NCBI GenBank assembly: GCA_022396035.1 | Contig: JAIOXO010000003.1 | Coordinates: 22,927-86,926 of the forward strand | Length of the DNA stretch: 64,000 nt | Direction: 5' to 3' | DNA from: Actinomycetes bacterium | Lineage (GTDB): Bacteria; Actinomycetota; Humimicrobiia; Humimicrobiales; Humimicrobiaceae | In this document: positions 56,944 to 64,000 of the stretch, piece after piece | Layout: each line of letters starts with the position of its first letter | Position numbering within the stretch: position 1 is the first letter of the stretch | Made by a program: the position numbers and the translations under genes | Notes under the pieces: model-generated | What the model saw: the letters and a program-made list of their open reading frames with translations, nothing else | The model's database searches: none | What the model was told of the DNA's origin: nothing

Positions 56944-57897
56944 CTATTTTTTCTTAAAGGATAAACCTAAGTCCTTTACTTTATCTTTTACTTCCTGAAT
57001 TGACTTCTGCCCAAAATTCCTTATATCCAGCAGTTCATCTTCACTATAATTTAGAAGCTTCTCCACTGTATCAATTCCTTCTCTTTTCAGGCAGTTATAA
57101 GCCCTTACCGATAACTCCAACTCCTCTATGGAAGGATAGGAAGGCTTCTCTTCTTCTTCCTTAACCTCCTCAAAGATGGGATCATCTTTGTTGTTATTAT
57201 CAGAAAGGTCAATAAGCAAGGCCATATAATCATTTATAATCTTGGATGCCTGGCTTAAGGCATCTTCCGGTTTAACACTGCCATTGGTAGTTATATCCAG
57301 AACCAGCCGGTCAAAGTTGGTCATCTGCCCCACCCTGGTATTTTCCACCTTAAAAGAAACCTTCTTTATGGGTGAAAATATGGTATCCAGAGGAACTACA
57401 CCGATGGGATCGCCTTCCACTGAATTTTCCGCAGAGGTCTTATACCCCTTGCCCTTTTCCAGTATCAGTTCTGCTTTTAACTCGCTATCCTTGCTCAGAG
57501 TAGCCAGATAAGTATCAGGATTTATAATTTCAACTTCGGAACTTAACTTAATATCAGTAGCCTTTACCGCAGCAGCTCCCTTTTTGGACAGCTTTAGCTT
57601 TACCGGCTCCTCGGAATCCATCTTAAATACCACGCCTTTTAAATTGGCAACAAACTCCAGTATGTCCTCTTTCATCCCCTTAAGGGTAGAGAACTCATGC
57701 TTTACATCCTCCAATTTAATCCTGGTTATGCCCACTCCCTCAATAGATGAAAGCAGCACTCTTCTTATGGAATTGCCCAGAGTATGCCCGAATCCTCTTT
57801 CCAGAGGTTCTACCATAAACTGGCCATTATAATCGTCTGTATGTTTAACTGTAACTTTTGGTTTTTGCATTTTAAGCAATTTAAATCTACCTCCCAA
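56944..57897 (-). CDS. rpoA: DNA-directed RNA polymerase alpha subunit
   Basis: 317 aa. NTD dimerisation region plus C-terminal alpha-CTD. Confidence 0.95.
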   Translation of the reverse strand: MGGRFKLLKMQKPKVTVKHTDDYNGQFMVEPLERGFGHTLGNSIRRVLLSSIEGVGITRIKLEDVKHEFSTLKGMKEDILEFVANLKGVVFKMDSEEPVKLKLSKKGAAAVKATDIKLSSEVEIINPDTYLATLSKDSELKAELILEKGKGYKTSAENSVEGDPIGVVPLDTIFSPIKKVSFKVENTRVGQMTNFDRLVLDITTNGSVKPEDALSQASKIINDYMALLIDLSDNNNKDDPIFEEVKEEEEKPSYPSIEELELSVRAYNCLKREGIDTVEKLLNYSEDELLDIRNFGQKSIQEVKDKVKDLGLSFKKK

Positions 57898-57908
57898 GCT
57901 TAAATATT

Positions 57909-58535
57909 CTACTTAGAATACAGCTCTATAATTATACGCTCATTAATAGGTACCTTTATCTCTTCCCTGGTAGGAACCCGCAGGCATTTTCCCTTAAGCT
58001 GGTTTAAATCAACCTCCAGCCAATCCGGAGGGGTCAGGCTGGCTGCACTCTCTTTAGCTTCCAGAACAGGGACAATATCCTTGCTCTTATCAGCTATGCT
58101 TATCTCCTGATTTTCCTTTACCTGATATGAAGGTATATCTACAACTTTGCCATCCACCGTTACATGGCCGTGGCCGACCAGCTGCTTGGCCTGTATTCTG
58201 GAAGAGGCCAGCCCTATAAGATATAATACATTATCCAGCCTGGTCTCTAAAAGCTGCAGCAGTATTTCACCGGTAATCCCCTTTTTCTTAACTGCCTGCT
58301 CGTAATAATTTCTAAATTGTCTCTCTCTCAGGCCATAATACCTCTTTGCCTTCTGTTTCTCTCTTAACTGAGAATAGTACTCGCTCTCTATGGTCCTTCT
58401 CTTGGCTTTTTCCCCAGGTACATAGGGCTTTCTCTCCATAGCACACTTATCAGTAAAGCACCTCTGGCCTTTTAAAAACAATTTTTGTTTTTCTCTCCTG
58501 CAGAGTTTGCAGGGTGAACCAATTTTATTAGTCAT
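57909..58535 (-). CDS. rpsD: 30S ribosomal protein S4
   Basis: 208 aa. N-terminal Cys4 zinc motif, and an S4 RNA-binding domain. Confidence 0.95.
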   Translation of the reverse strand: MTNKIGSPCKLCRREKQKLFLKGQRCFTDKCAMERKPYVPGEKAKRRTIESEYYSQLREKQKAKRYYGLRERQFRNYYEQAVKKKGITGEILLQLLETRLDNVLYLIGLASSRIQAKQLVGHGHVTVDGKVVDIPSYQVKENQEISIADKSKDIVPVLEAKESAASLTPPDWLEVDLNQLKGKCLRVPTREEIKVPINERIIIELYSK

Positions 58536-58559
58536 GTCCTTGTAACTCCTTTATTTATT

Positions 58560-58955
58560 CTACACTCTTCTTCTCTTTGGCAACCTGCACCCATTATGAG
58601 GTACAGGAGTTACATCAGTGATGTTTCCAATCTCAATACCTGCAGCCTGCAGAGATCTTACTGCAGTTTCTCTGCCTGATCCTACGCCCTTTACCCTTAC
58701 ATCTACCTTGCTTATCCCGTGTTCCTGGGCTTCCCTGGCTACTTCATTGGCTGTAATCTGGGCTGCAAAGGGAGTACTTTTTCTGGAGCCTTTAAACCCC
58801 TTTCCTCCTGCACTGCCCCAGGCAATGGTATTGCCGTTCTGATCAGTGATATTAACAATGGTATTGTTAAAAGTAGACTGTACATGGGCTATTCCATAAG
58901 CAATATTTTTTCGCTCTTTTTTTCTTAACCTTCTTTTAGTGGTTTTTTTAGCCAA
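58560..58955 (-). CDS. rpsK: 30S ribosomal protein S11
   Basis: 131 aa. Confidence 0.95.
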   Translation of the reverse strand: MAKKTTKRRLRKKERKNIAYGIAHVQSTFNNTIVNITDQNGNTIAWGSAGGKGFKGSRKSTPFAAQITANEVAREAQEHGISKVDVRVKGVGSGRETAVRSLQAAGIEIGNITDVTPVPHNGCRLPKRRRV

Positions 58956-58971
58956 AACCTTTACCTCCTAA

Positions 58972-59352
58972 TTAACCTGTTTTTTGCTTCTTCCTGATGC
59001 CTACGCCACGTTTTCTGCCCTTCCTGGTTCTGGCGTTGGTATGGGTCCTCTGACCCCTCACCGGAAGACCTCTTTTATGCCTGATGCCTTTATAAGAGTT
59101 GATCTCTATAAGTCTCTTAATATTCTGGGTCACTTCTCTTCTCAGATCGCCTTCCACCTTAACATTGGTATCTATATACTCCCTTATTCTGGCAACCTCA
59201 TCCTCGCTTAAATCCTTGGTCTTTAAGCTTTTGTCTATTTTTAGATCTTCCAAAATCTTATTTGCCTTGGATCTTCCAATCCCAAAGATATAGGTTAATG
59301 AAATACTTATATGCTTATCCCTTGGAATATCTATGCCTGCTATTCTAGCCAA
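58972..59352 (-). CDS. rpsM: 30S ribosomal protein S13
   Basis: 126 aa. [10 protein letters not shown] start. Confidence 0.95.
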   Translation of the reverse strand: MARIAGIDIPRDKHISISLTYIFGIGRSKANKILEDLKIDKSLKTKDLSEDEVARIREYIDTNVKVEGDLRREVTQNIKRLIEINSYKGIRHKRGLPVRGQRTHTNARTRKGRKRGVGIRKKQKTG

Positions 59353-59364
59353 CTTTTAACCTCC

Positions 59365-59478
59365 TTAACCCTGTCTCTGTTTATGCCGAGGGTTCTTACA
59401 GATAACCATAACCCTGCCCTCTCTTTTTATAATTTTGCAATCATTGCAAATTTTTTTAACAGATGGTTTCACTTTCAT
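59365..59478 (-). CDS. rpmJ: 50S ribosomal protein L36
   Basis: Manual translation gives [37 protein letters not shown] (37 aa), a Cys3His zinc ribbon. It is not in the ORF track because it is under 60 aa. Confidence 0.85.
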   Translation of the reverse strand: MKVKPSVKKICNDCKIIKREGRVMVICKNPRHKQRQG

Positions 59479-59500
59479 TTTGCTAACCTCTTTTATTAAA

Positions 59501-59722
59501 TTATTTCTTCCTGTATGTAATTCTGCCCCTGCTCAAATCATAGGGAGAGATCTCTACCTTTACCGTATCTCCAGGCAAGATCTTAATATAATGCATCCTC
59601 ATCTTACCGGATATATGGGCCAGTATCTTGTGACCATTATCCAACTCCACCCTAAACATAGCATTGGGCAAAGCTTCCAGTATAGTACCTTCTGCTTCTA
59701 TAATGCCTTCTTTTTTACTAAT
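59501..59722 (-). CDS. infA: Translation initiation factor IF-1, with an apparent AUU start codon
   Basis: Manual translation gives (I)[72 protein letters not shown], 73 aa. There is no in-frame ATG/GTG/TTG. SD AAAGGGG lies 6 nt upstream of the ATT at 59722-59720. Confidence 0.8.
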   Translation of the reverse strand: MSKKEGIIEAEGTILEALPNAMFRVELDNGHKILAHISGKMRMHYIKILPGDTVKVEISPYDLSRGRITYRKK

Positions 59723-59799
59723 CTTATTCCCCTTTTTAATTTATCCAAAGCGCAAATATGTAGATTACCAAAAAATTAAACCTATGTCCACATATTTTT

Positions 59800-60564
59800 T
59801 TAAATCCTGGAAAGCACCATGGGCTCTCCGTCAGTTATAGCAACCATATCCTCAATATGGCAGGAAGTGCTCCCGTCTTCGGTAACCACCGTCCAGCCAT
59901 CGTCTAAAACCTTAACCCCGCTGCCCCCTGTATTGAGCATGGGCTCTATAGCAAATACCATTCCTGCCTTAAGTTTGGGTCCCTGCCCCGGAGGGCCGTA
60001 ATTGAGTATCTGGGGATCTTCATGCATGTTCTTGCCAATACCGTGACCCACAAAATCCTTAACCACCGAAAAACCGTCCCTCTTGGCCCTTTCTTCTATC
60101 TGATGAGAAAGATCTGAAAGCCGGTCCCCTATCCTGCATTGTTCGATACTCAAGTCAAGGGCTCCTTTGGTAGCCTGCCACAGCCGCCTGGTGACTTTTT
60201 TTACATCCCCCACCAAAAAACTCCGGGCTGCATCACCAAAAAAACCATCCAGTTTTACCCCTACATCTATGGATACCAGGTCCCCATCCTTTATTTTTCT
60301 CTTGCCGGGTATCCCGTGCACCACTTCATCATTTATAGATGCACATATACTGCTGGGAAAAGGTACGCTGCTTATCCTTCCCTTATAGCCTTTAAAAGCA
60401 GGAATGCCTCCCCGGTTGGAAATTATTTTTTCCGCAACCTTGTCCAGGTGTCCGGTAGTCATGCCCGGTTCTATTATATCCTCAATTTTTAAAAGAACTT
60501 CTGCCACCACCCGGGCAGCTTTTTTCATTTTCTCAATCTCTTCAACAGACTTGCATATTATCAT
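59800..60564 (-). CDS. map: Methionine aminopeptidase (type I)
   Basis: 254 aa. Metal ligands D..D..H..E..E pattern. Confidence 0.9.
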   Translation of the reverse strand: MIICKSVEEIEKMKKAARVVAEVLLKIEDIIEPGMTTGHLDKVAEKIISNRGGIPAFKGYKGRISSVPFPSSICASINDEVVHGIPGKRKIKDGDLVSIDVGVKLDGFFGDAARSFLVGDVKKVTRRLWQATKGALDLSIEQCRIGDRLSDLSHQIEERAKRDGFSVVKDFVGHGIGKNMHEDPQILNYGPPGQGPKLKAGMVFAIEPMLNTGGSGVKVLDDGWTVVTEDGSTSCHIEDMVAITDGEPMVLSRI

Positions 60565-61190
60565 AGACTCCCCAGAATCCTCTCCGTAACCTCGGAAAGG
60601 GAAGCCTCCCCGTCAATATCAACCAAAATGTCCCTATCCCGGTAATAGTTTATAAGGGGCTCGGTCTGCTGGCTGTAGACATCCAGCCTTTTTTCTATTA
60701 CCTCTACATTATCATCTTTTCTCTTAATCAGCTTCTGCCCGCAATCAGGACATTTAGACTGCCCACCTTCCTCCATGGTGGACACCTGCCTGCAATCAGG
60801 GCAGATCCCCCTGGATGTGAGCCTGCTTATAACTTCCTGTCTGCCAACATCAATATTTATAACCTTATCCACAGATAAACTCAGTGCTTTAAACCTGTTT
60901 TCCAACATCCTGGCCTGGGCCAGATTCCTGGGAAAACCATCCAGTATAAACCCGCGACTGGCTTCAGGACCGCTTATTTGCAGCTCTATAATCTCTATAA
61001 TCAGTTCATCCGGTACCAGCTTTCCGGTCTCTACATATTCCCTGGCCTTATTTCCCAGCTGGCTTCCAGTCTTTATCTCTTTCCTTAAAATATCTCCGGT
61101 AGATATATGAGGTATCTTAAATTTTTCTGCTATCTTCTGAGCCTGGGTGCCCTTTCCGGCCCCGGGAGGCCCTAACAGTATAGCTATCAT
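60561..61190 (-). CDS. adk: Adenylate kinase (zinc-binding lid)
   Basis: 209 aa. P-loop GPPGAGKGTQ. Lid CPDC...CPDC. Confidence 0.95.
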   Translation of the reverse strand: MIAILLGPPGAGKGTQAQKIAEKFKIPHISTGDILRKEIKTGSQLGNKAREYVETGKLVPDELIIEIIELQISGPEASRGFILDGFPRNLAQARMLENRFKALSLSVDKVINIDVGRQEVISRLTSRGICPDCRQVSTMEEGGQSKCPDCGQKLIKRKDDNVEVIEKRLDVYSQQTEPLINYYRDRDILVDIDGEASLSEVTERILGSL

Positions 61191-62449
61191 TTCAGAAACC
61201 CCTCATAATCTCTCATGGTCAACTGAGACTCCAGCTGCCTCATGGTATCCAGGGCTACACCTACAGCAATAATTATTGAAGTGCCTCCAAACTGGAAAGG
61301 CAGCTGCATATAATTAATTAAAAGCTCCGGCATCAAAGCCACCAAGGCCAAAAATATAGCCCCGGGAAGGGTAATCCTGTTCAATATATTGGTAAGATAA
61401 TCAGCAGTATTCTTGCCCGGCCTGATTCCCGGTATAAATCCGCCATATTTCCTTAAGTTATCAGCAGTATCTATAGGATTAAAAGTTATGGCTGTATAGA
61501 AATAAGCAAAGAATATAATCAGTAAAGTATAAACCACCGCATATATAGGATTCAATCCACCCTCGGTAGTAGCACTGAGTGCCTGGGCAAAAGACTGTAT
61601 AAACTGGTTGGGAATAAACTGGGCAATAGTAGCCGGAAACAGCAGCACTGAAACAGCAAATATAATTGGCATTACCCCGGACTGGTTAACCTTGAGCGGT
61701 ATATAGGTACTCTGGCCCCCAAAAACCTTTCTGCCTACCACTCTTTTGGCATACTGTACCGGTATCCTTCTTTCTCCCTGCTGAATCATTATAACTGCCA
61801 TAACCACCCCCACAGAGATCAGCAGGAATAATATAATATACACTATATCGCCGCCCCTCAGCCTGAATAAGCTTATAAACTGGCCGGGAAGCCTGGAAAC
61901 AATAGACGCAAATATAATCAGGGAAATTCCATTTCCTATACCATGCACATTTATAAGCTCGCCCAGCCACATAATTATGGTGGTACCAGCAGTAAGAGTT
62001 AACACTATAAGGGACACATGCATAAAATCAAACTGGGGTATGGCCCCAAAGCCCCTGAAATAAAAAACCATGGCTACGGACTGAACCAGCGCTAGTCCGG
62101 CAGTAAGGTACCTGGAAATCTGGTTAATCTTCCTCCTGCCTACTTCGCCCTGCTTGGCCAGCATCTCCAGCTTGGGTATTACTACCTGCAGCAGCTGCAT
62201 GATAATGGTAGCGGTAATATAGGGCATAATACCCAGAGAAAAAACCGCAAACCTGCCCAGGGCTCCACCGGAGAACAGATCCATCATTCCTATAACCCCG
62301 GTTTCTACCTGGCTGGTTATAACCGAAGCATCAACCCCAGGAACCGTAATGGTCCCGCCAAAGCTGTAAATAGCCAAAATGCCAATGGTGAAAAGGATTT
62401 TATTCCTTATCTCCTTTATCCTAAAGGCGGTAAGTATGGCCTTAAACAT
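61187..62449 (-). CDS. secY: Preprotein translocase subunit SecY
   Basis: 420 aa, 10 TM helices. Confidence 0.95.
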   Translation of the reverse strand: MFKAILTAFRIKEIRNKILFTIGILAIYSFGGTITVPGVDASVITSQVETGVIGMMDLFSGGALGRFAVFSLGIMPYITATIIMQLLQVVIPKLEMLAKQGEVGRRKINQISRYLTAGLALVQSVAMVFYFRGFGAIPQFDFMHVSLIVLTLTAGTTIIMWLGELINVHGIGNGISLIIFASIVSRLPGQFISLFRLRGGDIVYIILFLLISVGVVMAVIMIQQGERRIPVQYAKRVVGRKVFGGQSTYIPLKVNQSGVMPIIFAVSVLLFPATIAQFIPNQFIQSFAQALSATTEGGLNPIYAVVYTLLIIFFAYFYTAITFNPIDTADNLRKYGGFIPGIRPGKNTADYLTNILNRITLPGAIFLALVALMPELLINYMQLPFQFGGTSIIIAVGVALDTMRQLESQLTMRDYEGFLK

Positions 62450-62894
62450 GTTTTATAACCTCCGCTTTACCCCCGGCTTTTTCAATCTTTTCCTTAGCCG
62501 ACTGGCTAAAGCAGTCAGCCTTGACGGTAATGCTTTTAGTTATATCTCCATCTCCCAGCACCTTGACCATCCTGTTCCTTTTAAGAAGAAGGCCTGCCTT
62601 CTGCAGCTGATCATAATCAATTACTGAATCCTGGTCAAACCTTTCCAGGTCACCTACATTTAATACGTTATAAACTTTCTTTCTGGTATTTTTAAAACCC
62701 TTCAGATGAGGCAGTCTCCTCTGCAAAGGCATCTGGCCGCCTTCAAAGCCGATTCTGGTTTTACCTCCTGAACGGCACAGCTGGCCCTTGGTACCCCTAC
62801 CCGAAGTAGTACCATGCCCAGAGCCGTCGCCCCTGCCCACTCTCTTTTTAGGTTTCAATGTACCTTTTGGCGGTTTTATGTCACAAAGTTTCAC
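62442..62894 (-). CDS. rplO: 50S ribosomal protein L15
   Basis: 150 aa. Gly/Arg-rich N-terminus. Confidence 0.95.
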   Translation of the reverse strand: MKLCDIKPPKGTLKPKKRVGRGDGSGHGTTSGRGTKGQLCRSGGKTRIGFEGGQMPLQRRLPHLKGFKNTRKKVYNVLNVGDLERFDQDSVIDYDQLQKAGLLLKRNRMVKVLGDGDITKSITVKADCFSQSAKEKIEKAGGKAEVIKHV

Positions 62895-62911
62895 TTGTAT
62901 TTACCTCCGAT

Positions 62912-63388
62912 TTAATTAGCTCTCATTTTTTTTATCTGTTCAGGTGTCTTCAGTGACTTAAGTCCACTGACCGTAGCATTTACAATGCTTAATGCATTGG
63001 GGCTGCCCAGAGATTTGGTAAGAATATTCCTAACCCCGCCCAGCTCCAATACTGCCCTCACCGGGCCACCGGCGATAACTCCGGTACCTTCTGAAGCCGG
63101 TTTCATAAATACATGTCCAGCACCATAACGTCCATTTACTTCATATGGTATAGTGCCTTCAATCAGCGGCAACTCAAACATATTTTTCTTGGCATTATTA
63201 ACACCTTTTCTTATAGCTATGGCAACTTCATTTCCCTTTCCATAGCCTACTCCTACCTTGCCGCTCATATCTCCAACAGCTACCAGGGCACTGAAACTAA
63301 ATCTTCTTCCGCCCTTTACTACTTTGGCCACCCTGTTTATCTTTATTACTTTTTCACTTAATTCATTTGTATTGGCATTATCAGGCAC
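62912..63388 (-). CDS. rpsE: 30S ribosomal protein S5
   Basis: 158 aa. [11 protein letters not shown] motif. Confidence 0.95.
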   Translation of the reverse strand: MPDNANTNELSEKVIKINRVAKVVKGGRRFSFSALVAVGDMSGKVGVGYGKGNEVAIAIRKGVNNAKKNMFELPLIEGTIPYEVNGRYGAGHVFMKPASEGTGVIAGGPVRAVLELGGVRNILTKSLGSPNALSIVNATVSGLKSLKTPEQIKKMRAN

Positions 63389-63410
63389 TAAATTTCCTCC
63401 TTAAATTCCT

Positions 63411-63773
63411 TTAAAATTTCAATCCGCCTTTTCTGGCGCCATCAGCCAGAGCTTTTACTCTTCCGTGGTATTTAAACTTATTTTTATCAAAAGCTACTTC
63501 GCTTATTTTTTTCCCTTTAGCCAGCTCGGCAAGTTTCTGGCCAGTCCTGAAGCTTATATCTATCTTGCCCTTATCTTCAGATTTCGGTTCAATAACCTGG
63601 CTGGAAACGCCAATAACTGTATTTCCGGTCAAATCATCAATAATCTGTCCATAAATATGCTTGTTGCTTCTATAAACACAAAGCCTTGGTTTTACAGATC
63701 TTGACTGTACCTTATGCTTTGACCTTAATTTCCTTCTAAGCCCTCTATCTTTTCTTTCAATCTTTGTTTTCAT
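63411..63773 (-). CDS. rplR: 50S ribosomal protein L18
   Basis: 120 aa. Confidence 0.95.
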   Translation of the reverse strand: MKTKIERKDRGLRRKLRSKHKVQSRSVKPRLCVYRSNKHIYGQIIDDLTGNTVIGVSSQVIEPKSEDKGKIDISFRTGQKLAELAKGKKISEVAFDKNKFKYHGRVKALADGARKGGLKF

Positions 63774-63788
63774 TCTAACTCCTAAACC

Positions 63789-64000
63789 TTATTTACCAGT
63801 ACCAGCAGTAATAGCAGCTTTACCCACTTTTTTCCTTACATATTCATTTTCGTATCTTATACCTTTGCCCTTATATGGTTCAGGTTTTCTTATGTCTCTA
63901 ATATCTGCAGTAATCTTGCCCACCAGTTGCTTATCTATGCCCCTGACTATAATAGTGGTGTTATCGGGCACTTCAAAGGTTATACCGGATATCTGCTCTA
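63789..64000 (-). CDS. rplF: 50S ribosomal protein L6. The C-terminal part is in the window. The N-terminus lies beyond the window end.
   Basis: The ORF is open to position 64000. C-terminal sequence ...[22 protein letters not shown] is typical of L6. Confidence 0.85.
   Translation of the reverse strand, partial: EQISGITFEVPDNTTIIVRGIDKQLVGKITADIRDIRKPEPYKGKGIRYENEYVRKKVGKAAITAGTGK

Noticed and set aside
1-64000. CRISPR arrays, IS elements, integrases and phage genes
   Set aside because: No direct-repeat arrays and no transposase, integrase or recombinase-like ORFs were seen on either strand. The 36-47 kb region looks accessory by gene content, but no mobility genes flank it within the window.

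Overview
The window is 64 kb of a moderate-GC bacterial chromosome. It is densely packed with mostly minus-strand genes, of Firmicutes-like core organisation: tmk-holB-ricT, and secY-adk-map-infA-rpmJ-rpsM-rpsK-rpsD-rpoA-rplQ.

Read left to right, the window contains:

(1) 1-9000: a co-directional biosynthetic block on the minus strand. It runs tRNA-Thr(CGU) > argS > lysA > hom > thrC > PGM-like (ApgM-family) > thrB > sppA (truncated at the window edge).

(2) 9-16 kb: ricT/yaaT, holB, tmk, and a 1421-aa double BadF/BcrA-type activase fused to an HgdB-like dehydratase component.

(3) 16-23 kb: a DUF2442-GGDEF pair, a Cof-type HAD hydrolase, a lipoprotein, the two subunits of a class-I Fe-S hydro-lyase (fumarate/tartrate type) in an unusual convergent overlapping arrangement, and a type IA topoisomerase.

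(4) 23-26.4 kb: the nadA-nadB-nadC operon, with an operator-like inverted repeat upstream.

(5) 26.4-32 kb: a patatin gene, a PAS-GGDEF-HD-GYP protein, and a TPR-SLT lytic transglycosylase.

(6) 32-47 kb: an accessory-looking region. It holds an AEC transporter; a polyprenyl-diphosphate synthase cluster with an embedded B12-binding radical-SAM gene, which is the most interesting locus here; PadR, a cupin and a split COG0701 permease; CcdA with an atypical thioredoxin-like protein; UspA; a complete ars operon (arsR-arsC-arsP-like-trx-acr3); a DUF1287 gene; a YhhQ queuosine-precursor transporter; an ArsR-family regulator; and a frameshifted DUF3887 lipoprotein gene.

(7) 48-64 kb: housekeeping genes. 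These are alr, a CBS protein, nnr, acpS, glmS and a racemase-like PLP protein, followed by the rpsI-rplM-truA and rpoA/secY ribosomal clusters. The ribosomal clusters lack rpmD (L30) and the ECF-transporter genes.

No CRISPR array, prophage, IS element or recognisable defence system was found. Two genes, infA and the SLT lipoprotein, appear to start on AUU codons preceded by good Shine-Dalgarno sequences.
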